Source of the DNA: the human T2T-CHM13v2.0 reference genome, Homo sapiens
DNA: 64,000 bases
Assembly (NCBI RefSeq): GCF_009914755.1
Contig: NC_060935.1
Strand: one strand, 5' to 3'
The notes under the pieces were generated by a model. The model was not told the origin of the DNA. It made no database searches and saw nothing but the letters and a program-made list of their open reading frames with translations. The position numbers and the translations under genes were made by a program. Shown piece after piece: positions 32,231-45,575 of the stretch. Each line of letters begins with the position of its first letter. Within the stretch, counting starts at the first letter, position 1.

Positions 32231-33306
32231 AGGAGGAGTGTAATATATTCTTTTTATCTTTTGAAGGATAATATGGGGTAAACCCTATGATCTATAATAT
32301 CTTAACATGCCATTGGGTAATAATTATTTTTAAACATTCTATGCCTACTACATTTCTTTTTAATAAAGAGAACTAAAAATAGAGTTGCCTTCTACCTAAA
32401 TGGTTTCTAGCTCAGGAAAATACTTATATTTCCTCAGTATCTCAAATAATATAATTAAAAAATGTTTTTTCCCTATTTCTTTTGCATGTAACATCATAGG
32501 TCCTCAGTGAAATATCATACCCTCTTGGAAATAAATCCTCCATTTCAAAGCAACCCATATAGCTGCGATACATCCATTTTCATTACTCCATTCGTGTAAA
32601 CAACTAGCAGAGATTGTACTTTTTTAAAAAGTATATAGCATACAGGGATGTGATATTAAATAAATAATCATTTTAGCTCATGGAATTTTTAGATAATATT
32701 TTTTGAAAATCAGTGATCTGAAGTCAAACTTAATCAGTGGTGTGGGAGGGATCACTAATTAAATTTCTAAAATTACCTTCTCTATTTATATTTAGAAATT
32801 CTCTTCTGAATAAAGTTAGGTGGCATTACGTAAAATGAGGCAACTGAAGTGCTAAACCAAAGACCCAAATTAGCAGCAGGCTTTATTGGTATTTGGAACT
32901 TGTAAATTAAAAAATCACAAACATAAATTGCGTCTTCATAGTATATAAATTAATAATGCAATGATGACTTCATCCTCAAGCTTAATCATTCCATAATAAA
33001 ATCAATTTATGATTAATTCAGTTATCTCAAGTTAAGAGCTATTGGGTTTCTCATAAATCAAAATAACTTTCATAAAGTGTCAGTTCAAAATGTAATTATC
33101 TTTGTAGCTATATTTTAGCATTTATTCTGCATCTACAAGAAAGTAATATATCGAAAGTAGCCAAATGTAGCACGATTATAATTGATGAATTGGTTAATTA
33201 ATTAAAAGCTATCATAGAAGTTGCAAGTTCATAATTTCCCTTATGCTTAAAGATCTCTTCTTTGGTAATTAGCATCAAATTTTGTGATTTTGGAGCAACT
33301 GAGTTG

Positions 33307-33698
33307 TGTATTAGTTAGCTTGGGCTGCCATCACAAAATACTGTAGACTACGTGGTTAAAACAACCAATTTATTTCTCATAGTTCCAAAGTCTGGAAATC
33401 TGGAATCAGGGTACCAGCAAGGTCAGGTTTTGGTGAGTGCTTTCTTCCTGGCTTGTAGACAATCCCCTTCTTGTTGTATATTCACATGGTCTTTCTTCAG
33501 TATGTGCATTTGGAGAGAGGGTTCTCTCTCTTCCTCCTTTTCTGAGGCAATTGATATTATAGGATTAAGACCCTACCCTTATGATTTATCTCATTTAACC
33601 TTACTTTCCTCCTAAAAGCCTTGTCTTCAAATAAAGTCCCATCAAGAACGAGGACTTCAACACGTGAATTTTGGGGATATACAATTCAGTCCACAGCA
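33307..33698 (-). mobile_element. MaLR solo LTR (MLT1A-like)
   Basis: TGTATTAGTTAGCTTGGGCTGCCATCACAAAATAC...AATTTATTTCTCATAGTTC...ACAATTCAGTCCACAGCA. Confidence 0.85.
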
Positions 33699-34619
33699 TA
33701 TGCTTATAAGTTTGCAATCAGCTGTTACATTCCAAATGTTTCTGTGATACAAATATTTCCTGTCATAGCTAATGGAAGTTGCTTGGAACAATATTTTATA
33801 CAAAGCAAGGACATTTAAAGATTAAAAAAATCTTTATCTGAAATCAGTTTTTTAAGGGATTTGACCTGTAGTTTCAATATAACATGCTCAATCATTTTGT
33901 TGCCATCTTTACAGGTTAACACAGTTGCTGAAGATATGATTCACACAGGACAAGTCTCCTGTCTTGCTGTGTTCCTATAAAGATCTGACTCAAGTGTGAG
34001 GATCCAATTTAAAACAACATCCTTGCTTGGATGAGAATTGAGAAGGGGCAATGGTAGTAGCAGAACTTTTTCTTACATACAAATTAGTGTTTTGGAATAA
34101 GTCATACCTTCTTGAAGAGAGCTAAATTTGTCTGACTTAAGTAGGAACTTAGAAATGTAGAGACAGATTGTCAATTCATAAGGTAATCAAGTACCTCTGC
34201 TGGAAAAAGTCTGTAGTACTTTTATGTTGCTATGTTCTGTTGGTTTCTTCTACTGATGGGTAACCATTATTTTTCGTTATATTAGCTTGCCACACTTGAG
34301 GACTTGATTTTGGTGTTCCTAAAATGTATAGTGATAATACTTGATTGGAAAGCATAATTTGAATCCTCAGAAAAGTAGATTGTTAGCTATCTCAAAGGAT
34401 GTGCACTCAATTTGCAGCTTATTAATTCCTGGTTAATTCTCAAGATTTCTACATGACAATTCAGAGAAACACAGAATAACATACTCCCATATTCTCAGCT
34501 AAACATAATTTATACATGCAAACCTTTTAGTTGATGTTGTGTGGGATATCCAAGAATGTTTTTGTATACAACTTTGGAGTTAATTGCTGTAATTTAGACA
34601 TGGTCTGGATTGCAAATCA

Positions 34620-35090
34620 AAGTTCTAGACCATGCTGCTGGAAATGCTCAATATTTTCCTTACCCAAATTCCTTCTTGAAGAAACTGTTCATCCAGAACT
34701 CTGGAAGCCATTTAAATGATCTCTTCTAGCTATGGAGAATTTATACAGAGATAATGTAAATTAGTTAACTAGGGAGCTGGACCTCTATTCACGATAGACC
34801 ATTTTCAAGGATAGCAGGAAAACTGGCTATCAGAGAGAAAGAGAAGTTTGGAGAAGATATGCAGCAGGAAGCAGAAAGAGAAAATAATTCTGAGAGAGAA
34901 GGAAAGAAATTTCCACTAGTGAATTTCCATTTCCCTGGCTCAGTCCCTCTGGTGTCCAGCTCCTTTCATTTCTTGGCCAAAAATGAATGTGTGATCAACT
35001 ATTGCACACCTACAAAAACATCCATTTTGAATTTTAACTTATTTTTGTGTGCTTTTGTTCTTTGCCATCAAACATGTCTAACTAAGAGAG
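34620..35090 (+). mobile_element. Old MaLR LTR (MLT1J/K/L-like), degenerate
   Basis: Ends TTTGTTCTTTGCCATCAAACATGTCTAACTAAGA, resembling old MLT1 3' termini. Confidence 0.4.
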
Positions 35091-35679
35091 ATATATTTTC
35101 TACCCTCCAAATTCTTCATTTTTTTCTTTTCACAGAGTAGAGCTTTGTGTATAGTTTGTTTGGAACCAAAGTGAATGAACAAGGGTGATAGAGTCATTCT
35201 GCACTTCAGTACCGGAAGACCCTGTTAGTAAGAGAATTCTTTCAATAACTTTTCTTGGCATCGAGGATTCTGGCTGTGGCCTTTCTCCAGGAGGACCATG
35301 GGCGAAAGTCAAGATGCGTTATCAAGGCCCATTTTAAGCTTTTGACAGACAGTTAACTTCTGTTTGTTTTTAGCCATGGAATTAGTTGCCCTGTGAGAAC
35401 TAAGAAACATTTTAATGAGAATAGGTATCACCTCTTAAGCAGAACTGAAAGCTATTTTTGTTTCTTCCCAAGTTCTCTATTAAATAGCAGACCAGATTCA
35501 TACCAGAAATAAGCCATTGATATTTCTACCATGTTGTATCTTCCATTTTTGTTATGGATGTCAATTAGTATTGATGATATTAACCCTATTATATCATTAG
35601 TCTTTAAGGTACTTCATTTATAGGACTAGAATTCCTGTACTTTAATTTATGTATGTAATCTAACTTTAGATCACTACAT

Positions 35680-37580
35680 GCTCTTTTTAATCTTCAAAGA
35701 TGCTGCTTATTCCCTAAACATCATTCCTCAAATATCTATTATCCTTACCGCCTACTCACTCTGCTTTTGCTGTCAGGCCAGGGATTGCTGATGAAAGAAA
35801 ATGCACAAGAGTTTGAAAATTGCAGATTCATTCTTTGGAGTTTCATCATGATTATGCCTGTCATCACATCAACCCTTTTATTCACCTCTCAAATGTCACC
35901 AAGCTATTATCCTGGTTATTATTTTCTACTTAAAACATTTAACCATCCTCCATTTTTCTTTCCCTCGTTCTTAGTGGAAATATTGCTTCTTATTTATGCT
36001 GAAAGCTGAATTTTACTGAAAACACTCTCACATTACCTCACCTTCATCCTCTCATGTTTCGATTCAGGCACTTGGAAAAAAGTCCATGGAGCTGTAAGCT
36101 CCTTGAAGGTAGAAATAATAATTTAGTCACTTTTTTTTTCTTTGATGCCCAACTGATTGTCTTTAACGTAAAGGTTGCTTCCAAACTTACTCAACTATAT
36201 GCATTATTAAAACATAAAATGAACCCACCTTCCTTGACCCTGCTACTTTTCTGGCTACATTTTAGTCTTTCCATTTACATCAAAATATTGAAGAAAGGGA
36301 CTTCTCCATTGCTTCTAGTTCATACCCACTTGCTCCATTTTAACTATGTGAAATAAGATTTATCTTCCAAATTCATGAACTCCTGAAAATACTATCAAAA
36401 GATTACCAGTGACCTCTTTGCCCCTACAGCCAGGAACTGTACCTTAGCTATTATTTTTTTTAGATGTTTTGGTTTTTTGGAAGCACTTAAATATTTAATA
36501 TTTGAAATCACCTTCTTTTTGAATCTTTCTTCTGCTTTGGTTGGTAAGTTGCATAGATTCTCCCATTCTGCTACTCATTCTTTCTCTATGTTTTTAATGA
36601 CTTCCTTTTCTTCTCTCAGTCTTTAAGGGAGGGCACTCAAGCTTCTACCTCAAACCTTTCCTGTTCTTAGAATATACTCATGGTTTCCTTTCTGATTTCT
36701 ATGCAGATAATTCCCAAATGACATCTTCAGCCCTGGTTTCCTGCATGCCTTCTTCCTGTGTTTATTCTCAACTCGCAGTAGTATAGACTGGATTGATTTG
36801 TGGATATCATTTTAAATTCAGTGCATTCCAAGTGAATTCAGAATTTTGCTCCCCAAACTACCTTTTCTTTCTAGATAAAACCATGGGCAGTAGCACTCTC
36901 ATACTTCTAGAGACCTGAACTCAAATTATAGAATTGCCTTTCACTCTTCTCTCGGGCATCTTACAGCATCCAATATGTCACTATGTCTTTTGATTCTTCT
37001 TTTGAAAAATCTCTGGGATTCTATTTTTTCCCCTTTTCATCGTTCACTAAAGTGAAGAGCCCAGGATTCCAACACCCTAACCTACATACTTTCACACTAG
37101 TTTTCCTTTCCTTTCCACTGTTTTTCTATCATTGGATAATCACTATATTATAATAGTAAATGAAGTTTTCTACCTGCCAGTCTCACGATTGACTTGCCTG
37201 CAACATAAAGTTCCTACTTTCTGGTCAAGGATAATATTCTGATAAGCTTACCACACTTTACCTAGCTAGTCTTTTCTCCTTAAACATTAGCTTCTAACCT
37301 TTGCCCCAGATAAATTTGTGTTCTCGTATCTTCTATCTGAACTTTTTCAAATGTACATGAAACTCTTTTCCTGATTTCTAGATTTTGCAAACTTCTCTTT
37401 TGCCGTATACTAAATTTCGGGTACTACAGAATATATTTCATTAAATTTCAATTTCCTGTTTACTCACCAGTCTTACCAGACTCATAGTGGTAAAGGACTT
37501 TTATTATGCTTCCTGCCATATACTCAGTGCTTAGCACTATGTCTGCCACTTAGCAAGTGCTCAGAATATATTGAAAAATA
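35680..37580 (+). mobile_element. L2 (long degenerate fragment)
   Basis: GATTACCAGTGACCTC, TATGCAGATAATTCCCAAAT (YADD-derived), and a CAGTGCTTAGCACTATGTCTGCCACTTAGCAAGTGCTCAG 3' end. Confidence 0.6.
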
Positions 37581-38972
37581 AATATCTTAGCTCTGATTCA
37601 CCTACAGAATCTAGTCAAATGTGTGCCACGTACTATGCCCTCCATTCTTTCTGGCTGTTTAATTTATATATGTATATATTTTTTCCTTCTTGATTATAGT
37701 GAATGCTATCTGTTACAGACATCTTTTCATAGGGTAGACTTATACTGCAAATACCCACATTTATAGTTGCTTTTTATTTCTTTTAAAAGTATTTATAACA
37801 TCTTGTCTTGTTTGGCAACCAAATTGCCTAAATAAATTTAGCAATGTCTAGCTTAAGAGTTTACCTTATAATATTAACCACCCATTTAATTCTGCATCGC
37901 TGTTCTTATGAGAGGGCTGGCACAATTATTTCATAATCGTCTCTGACTACATTTTATATAGTTTCATGTTAGTTGGCCTAATATACTATTTCCTATTTAT
38001 GCTAATAATTTCTGATCTTATACTTCAATACCAGTGAGGCTTTTGTTCAAATACATTCAGGTTACACAAGGAGATTATTGTATTGCTATTATTATTATTA
38101 AATATTTAGGCTCTGAAGGCTTTTAAGTAGGTTATTTGGTTTAGATATATTATTGCAATAAATAGTTTGTACCCTTAAAATATATTTTATTCAACTTACA
38201 ACAGTTAAAGTATTGAAATCATAGCCCAGTGAATTCTTGCTTATTACACATTGCACATCAATATGTAAATGAATATAATTCTGATAAAGATAGACAAAAC
38301 TATACAAATCTTTGATTAATAGAATATAGGTTTAAACATATTTCTTGTTTACTCTATGCTGTTCAAATTACTAAGGACAACCAACAAGCACCTTAAAATT
38401 GAGACAAAATGACTGTTTTTATAACACAGAATTTTAGGTTAAATTATAAATTATAAACATTATATAGTTCTTGATGAAACAAGAGGTTGTAGTTTCTTCT
38501 ATAACTGGCTTACGGGGGTGGGGAGTGGAGATTAGAGAGGGTAAGACTCAGAATAAGACAGTTTTTAAAAAAATTAACCTTTTATTGTTTTGGTTTGGGA
38601 GTGCTTGGCAAGTTTTTTTTTCCAGGTATTCTTTAAACATAACTACTTTCATGTATATAAGTGTAGAAAAATGTGACTTGTGCATCAGCTGTAGGTTAAA
38701 ATAATGGAATAAATAATATCTTGTGGCATTCTGAATAGGGAACTGGTACTGAGAGTCTCTTTTCCCCCTGAGGCCTTCCCCTCTGTCACCTGCCACCACT
38801 TCTGACCTATGAGTCACTGACTATTCCAACTTCATTAAAAATCTTTATTAAATTAGTTTGAATCCCAAGCCTCTATATTAAGAGAAGCTAAATTGAATTT
38901 TATACTTTTAAAATAGAGAATTGTAGTGGATATTGCAGAATCATTGAAATGTTTGTGTATTTGGAAATCTTG

Positions 38973-39060
38973 GTGTATGTATACACATATATTTGTGTAT
39001 ATGAAAGTATGTGTATGTATACACATATATTTGTGTATATGAATGTATGTGTATGTATAC
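38973..39060 (+). repeat. 38-bp AT/GT-rich tandem duplication, about 2.3 copies
   Basis: Unit GTATGTATACACATATATTTGTGTATATGAA(A/T)GTATGT. Confidence 0.9.
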
Positions 39061-40196
39061 ATATGAATATAGGTAAATTCATACCATCCACCCCCCTTTT
39101 TCTTTTGTTTTAGGATGGCATGCTCTATTACTTCTTTAAGAAGTAATAATATCAATAATTGACATTTATTGATTATTATGTGTAAAATGCTGTGCAAAGT
39201 GCTTCATCACACACTTTAATAAAACCTCCTTTAATCAATGGTAAGCTTAGTGTAGAAGTAGCCTGTGTGTATCTTGTTTGTTACTAGATACTGCCTATTA
39301 TATAATGCACACTCAATAGATATTAGTTGAGTGAAGGAATGAATATCACTATATAGTTATAAAACAGACATAATTGTCTTTATTATGCAAATGAGAAAAA
39401 TGAGATTGGCTAGTCTCTCACTTGGAAGAGAACTTCCAAAACTCATCCTTACTCCAAAGTCCATGGGTTTAATTACATTACAATTAGGTGAAAATATTCA
39501 CCAGAGGCAAAGTTTTTTGGACAGAATTTTCAGTTAAATATATTAATTCCTTTGTGGAAAAACGACCCTACTACCAACATAAAATTCTTTATTCTCTTAT
39601 GAAACAGTAACCTACTGAAATTTTTCTTAGGCTAAAGCATCTAAAATGCTTCACAACTGTTCCAGATTAAGTCTGTGTTAATAAGGCTGTGGTTCCTTGG
39701 TATTTTTATACATATTTATGTTGCTTTAAGTTATTTTCATTATTAAGGTATGACTCTTCATATGATTAGATATATTTAATAAGCAAAAGTATATGCATAT
39801 ATAATTTAATTTTAAAATTAATTTTGGAATTATCTATTGGATAAAGCTATCTGAAAAAGGTCTACTCCTGTCTGACAAGAATCAATATAAGGGAAATGCC
39901 AATAAATTCACTTTGTTTGCCACTTTAAAAACATGAAGAACAAAAAGCTGAAGAAATCAAGTGTGTTTGTTTTTTGGAGTTCTCTGGGAAATCATACCTT
40001 CTACAATCAATACTGTGAGTTCCCTGTGTGTCTTCACATAGGCTTTATTTTTAGGCTTTGTAACTCTGAGTGTACTGGGTCATGTGTTCCTAATATCACT
40101 TGTTAAATTCTACCTTGAAAATAGCCCACATCAATATAGTGAATAAGTCAAATATTTTCCAAAATATATGAGGCATTTAAATGTATATGGCATGTT

Positions 40197-42700
40197 CTGT
40201 ACCTCAAAATAATAAAAGCAATATATGACAAACCCACAGCCAACATTAGACTAAGTGAGGATAAGTTGAAAGCTTTCCCATTAAGAACTGGATCAAAACA
40301 AGGATGTCCACTTTCGCCATTTCTATTCAATATAGTACAGGAAATCCCAGCCAGAGCAATCAGGGAAGAGAAAAATAAAAATCATCTAAATTGGAAAACA
40401 GGAAGTCAAACTATTTCTGTTAGATGGTGATATGCTCTTATACGTAGAAAACCCTAAAGACTCCTCCATGAGTCCTAGATTTAATAAGTTAATAAAGTCT
40501 CAGTTTACAAAATCAGTATATGCAAATCAAAAGTACTGCTATACACCAACAATGACCAAGCTGAGAATCAAATCAAGAACTCAATCCCTTTTACAGTAGC
40601 TACTAAAAAATGCCTAGGAACATACTTAACTAACGAGGTGAACAATCTCTATGAGGAGAACTATAAAACACTGATGAAATAAATCTAGGTGACACAAAGT
40701 GGAAAAACATCTCTTACTCATGGATTGGAGTAATCAATATTGTGAAAATGACCATACTGCCCAAAGTAATCTACAGATTCAGTTCAATTCCTACCAAAAT
40801 ACCAATGTCACTTTTCACAGAATTAGGATAAAAAAGCCTAAAATTCATATGGAACCAAATAAGAGCCTGAGTAGCCAAAGCAATCCAAAGCAAAAAGAGC
40901 AAACGTGGAGGCATCACATTAACCACCTTCAAATTGTACTATGTGCCTATAGTAACGAAAACAGCATGGTACTGGTATTAAAATAGACACATAAACTAAT
41001 GGAACAGAATAGAGAATCAAGAAACAAAAGCAAATACTTGCAACCAACTGATCTTCAACAAAGGGGACAAAACATACACTGGGGAAAGGACATTCAATAA
41101 ATGATGCTGGGAAATTTTGATAGCCACATGCAGAAAAAATGAAACTGGTCCTCATCTCTCACCATATAAAATATTCAAGATCGATTAGAGTCTTACATCT
41201 CAAAGCTAAAACTGAAAAGATTCTAGAACAAAACCCATGAAAAACTGTTCTGGACATTGTTCTAGACAAATAATTTATCACTAAGACCACAAAAGCAAAT
41301 ACAAGAAAAAACAAAATTAAATAAATGGGACTTTAAAGTAAAAAGCTTCTGCACAACAAAAGACCTAACAGAGTAAGCAGACAACCTACAGAATAGGAGA
41401 AAATATTTGTAAACTGTGCATCTGACAAAGGACTATTATCCAGAATCTAAAAGGAACTCAAAATATAACCAAGAAAAAACATAATAATCTCATGAAAAAG
41501 TAGGCAGTGTTTATTTGTGTCCTTTGCCCACTTTTTAATGGGATTTCCTTTGCAGGGACATGGATGAAGCTGGAAGCCGTTATCCTCAGCAAACTAATGC
41601 AAGAACGGAAAATCAAACACCACATGTTCTCACTTATAAGTAGGAGCTGAACAATGAGAACACATGGACACGAGGACGGGAACAACACACCTGGGGCCTG
41701 CCAAGGGATGAGGTCAGGAGAGGAAGAGTATTAGGAAAAATAGCTAATGCATGCTGGGCTTAATTACCTAGGTAATGGGTTGATGGGTGCAGCAAACCAT
41801 TATGGCACACATTTACCTATGTAACAAACCCACACATCCTGCACACGTACCCCAGAAATTAACATAAAGATTAAAATTAATTTAAAAAGTGGGCAAACAG
41901 CATGAACGGACATTTAGCAAAAGAAGATATACAAATGGCCAACAAACATGAAAAAATTCTCGACATCACTAATCATTAGGAAAATTCAAATTAAAAGCAG
42001 AATGACCTTACCATGGCCAGAATGGCCATTATTAAAAAGTCAAAAAACAATAGATGTTAGCACAGATGTGGTGAAAAAGGAATGCTTACACACTGCTGGT
42101 GAGAATGTAAATTAGTACAACCTTTATGGAAAACAGAATGGAGATTTTTCAAAGAACTAAAAGTAGATCAGTTCAATCCAGCAACCCCACTACTAGGTAT
42201 CTACCTAGAGGAAAATAAGTCATTATATTAAAAAGACACTTGCATATGTATTTTTATTTCAGCACAGTACACAATTGCACAGAATAGAATCAACCTAAGA
42301 GTGGGCAAAGAAATTGTGATATGTATATACCATGCAATACTATTCAGCTGCCAAAAAGAATGCAATAATGTCTTTTGCAGCAACTTGGAAGGAACTGGGT
42401 GCCATAATCCTAATGAAGTAACTTGGGAATGGAAAACCAAATACCTCATGTTCTCACTTATAAGTGGGAGTTAACCTATAGATAGGCAAAAACATAGAGT
42501 TAGGTATAATGGACTTTGGAGACTCAAAAGTGGGAAAGTGAGCGGATAAGAGATAAAAAAAAAAATCACCTGTTAGGAACAATGTACACTATTTAGGTGA
42601 AGAGTACACTAAAAGCCCAGACTTTACTACTACACAATTCATCTGTGTAACCAAAAACCACGTATACCCCTAGAACTATTCAAATAAAATTATAAATAGA
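40197..42700 (+). mobile_element. 5'-truncated L1MA (L1MA2-like), interrupted by a nested L1PA
   Basis: Degenerate ORF2 ([14 protein letters not shown]) through an L1MA-type 3' UTR (CACTAAAAGCCCAGACTT...GTAACCAAAAACCAC). TSD-like TATATGGCATGTT (40184-40196) and TATATGACATGTT (42703-42715). Confidence 0.88.
41507..41883 (+). mobile_element. Short L1PA (about L1PA10-13) 3' end with a 39-nt 5' inversion
   Basis: Sense 3' end at 41546-41883 (GGAAAAATAGCTAATGCATGCTGGGCTTAAT); inverted piece at 41507-41545. TSD AAAAAGTAGGCA (41495-41506) and AAAAAGTGGGCA (41884-41895). Confidence 0.9.
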
Positions 42701-42769
42701 TTTATATGACATGTTTTTATTGTCATTTTCTCACCAATGTTTCTTTCCAATAAAATATGTATTAAGGAG

Positions 42770-43670
42770 AATATTTTAGTTGAGCAAATAAAGTAACTTA
42801 CTGAATATATCATATGTATTCATATCACACACATTCTTCTAGGGAATGGGAATAATACCAGGGTAAACCAGACCAATATAGCCCTTAACTTTGGTCCAAT
42901 ATCATAGTTTAATTAGAAAGCACTGAAAATTTTACTGAAAATTATAATATAGTCTTATAAATTGTGTAGCAGAAGAAGTTTGGGGTACTCTCAAAACACT
43001 TAAGGGCATGTGACCCATGTCTGGGTGATCAGGGAATGCTTCTAGGAGGAAGTGACATTTAATCTGAAATATGGAAGATAAAAAGGAGCTGATCATTTCT
43101 AGTAACATCCTGAGATAAATGGTCTAAAACTTGGGAACCTAACCGATTTGACTGGTTTGAAGTTGATGCTTTTGCCAAGATCATAAAAATGCTGTTATTA
43201 AAATACAGGAAGGTACTTCTGGGGTTTCAAACACCAGAAAACTGCATGTATGAAGAAGGCTTGTGGCAAAAGACAGCTTGCAGCTCTGAAAAAACTTTGG
43301 GGAGAAAACTTCCAAAAAACTACAAGAAAGGTGTGCATAGCAGAATGAGAGTGAGAGACAGAAAAAAATATATATGGAAGAAGGGGGCAAGATTAGACCC
43401 TGGAAGTAGTTTTAAACAGGAAAGAGCATGGTAACAATCACATTTGCATTTTTAAGAGTGGGCAGGTGCCCATCCAAGCGCATATGTCCAGCAGGCATTT
43501 GGAGAAACAGGTCAGAGGCACTTGTGTGTGAACTCTGTTGGGTGTATGGATTTGGGAGTTATCAGCATGTAAATTATAATTGAGGGAACAGGAATTCATG
43601 AGATCATACTGGAAGAGTGAGCAGAGCAATAAGATGAGAAAGACAAAAGAGAAACCTGAGAAACACTAAC
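42770..43670 (-). mobile_element. L2 fragment(s)
   Basis: CAGGGAATGCTTCTAGGAGGAAGTGACATTT and GATTTGGGAGTTATCAGCAT are antisense L2 motifs. Confidence 0.55.
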
Positions 43671-43949
43671 AGTAACATTATCTGTTGTGGTTTAGAGAAA
43701 AGAAGTCTTAATTCCCATTTCAAAAAGAAATGAGCTTGCAACCAGGACTTGTGGTTCTCCAGAAAATGGCCCGATTTTCTAAATTATTTAAGAAATTTCT
43801 ATTTTGATATTACAAAAGTAATGTTCATTTTGGATAATTTGGAAGATACAGAAAAAATAAAAAAAAATTACCTAGACTCTTACCACTCAGAACTAAGGGA
43901 TATTAAAATGTTGGCATGTTTACTGTGAATCCTTTAATTTTTTCATACC

Positions 43950-44340
43950 TCCTTGTATTCAGGGACCCTGGACTTAGCTGTATGACGTGTTATAGCCAAC
44001 GGAACAGTGAGACATATGGCACAAGCAGAGGCTTGCAAAGTTCTTGTGCTGTAGCTTGCTCACTTACTGCTCTTTGACTCCCTGAGACTGATATGCGAAA
44101 AAGCACAGGCTTGCCTGCTGAGTGATGGTGCAGAGGTGAGCCATCTCAGCTGAGACCTCCTAGTCCAACCAGACTTTCATTATGTGAGCGAGGCCATCCT
44201 AAAACATCGATCCCCAGTTAAAGTTGCCTAGACCTAAAAAACATACCATCCAACCCAGTATCATGAAAACAAAAAAGTTGATTATTTTAAGCCTCTGAAG
44301 TTTTGAAAGGATTTGTTACAGAGCAATAGTCAACTGATAT
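43950..44340 (+). mobile_element. MaLR LTR (MLT1F/G-like)
   Basis: GCACAAGCAGAGGCTTG...TTTTAAGCCTCTGAAGTTTTG...TTTGTTACAGAGCAATAGTCAACTGATA. Confidence 0.7.
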
Positions 44341-44623
44341 GATGATGGCTGTTAAGTGAATTTACAAGGAAGGGATATGACACGTGTACTTAGAAGGCTT
44401 GGGTTTAATTTCACCTCCACAGCATCCTGGCTGTGTGGTTCTGGATAATTAACTTGCTCCTTTCAATTCCAATTTCTTTATCTGTAGAATATTTCTCCAG
44501 ATGAAGTACAACACGAATAAAAAATTATAAGCTCAGAAACATTATCCATTATTATTATGCTTTCGTGAGATTAAAACATAACTCTGTTTCATTTTCTAAG
44601 TCAAGTTCCCTGTTAAGCAACTA

Positions 44624-44954
44624 CAGTTGTCCCCCTTAAGCCACATTTTTTTCCCCATGGTTTCAGTTACTTACAGTCAAAGGTAATCCTAAAATAGGTG
44701 GGCACAGTACAATAAGATATTTTGAGAGACAGAATTACCACATGCCTATAACTTTTCTTATAGAATATTGTTATGGTTCTGTTTTATTATTAGTTATTGT
44801 TAATCTCATAATGTGACTAATTTATAAGTTTAACTTTATCATAGGTATGTATGTATAAAAAAACAGTATATATAGGGCTTGATTCTCTTCCATGGTTTCA
44901 GGCATCCACTGGGCTTCTTGCAGCATATCCCCCATGGATCAGGAAGTACTATGG
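44624..44954 (-). mobile_element. MER44 (Tigger7-derived MITE)
   Basis: TA|CAGTTGTCCCCCTTA terminus; body CAGTACAATAAGATATTTTGAGAGA and GGTTTCAGGCATCCACTGGG. Confidence 0.8.
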
Positions 44955-45499
44955 TATATCAATTTAATATGATGCAACTCTTATCCAGTTTATACTGTTA
45001 TGACATCCAATATAATGTAGTAAGCTACTGCCATACTTCTCACAGCAAAACATGACTTGAAGTCCAATTGACTTGGATATCATTATTTCTATCATTAGTA
45101 AGAATAAACATAAAAGCTCATATTTACATGTGTTGCATTCTATGAAATAGTAACTGTTGTTATCACCACTTTTTATGCAAGGAAACTGATATAGACTAAT
45201 TTTCTTTTAGTTACATAACCAGCAAATGATAGAGCCTAAGATTTAGCCTATGACTTGGGTTTTTCTGAGTCCAGACCCTGAGTCCTTTGCCACTATGCTA
45301 TTGTGTTTCAGAGTTAGAACCTTAAGTTTCAAAGAGCAAACCAACCGTGGGAGCCCTTGTAGAACTCTCAGATCACCTGGGGCAAGATCTTGATGATATT
45401 CTACCTTATTCACTTACCAATTTTGGCAAAGTTGACTTCAGATTCCCATATCTTCCCTACAGAGTGTGCCTAGGACAATGCAGGATGCTTTATCCATTG

Positions 45500-45575
45500 C
45501 CTGTGAAAGACATCACAGCACCTGTGAACCTGTGAAAGACATCAAACTTAGAACCTGTGAAAGACATCAAAGCAC
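45500..45575 (+). repeat. Three copies of CCTGTGAAAGACATCA with unequal spacers
   Basis: Exact 16-mers at 45500, 45529 and 45554, plus a partial CCTGTGAA at 45521. Confidence 0.92.

Noticed and set aside
45500-45575. Repeat-spacer pattern as a CRISPR array
   Set aside because: Primate DNA, 16-bp repeats, 9-13 bp spacers and no cas genes.
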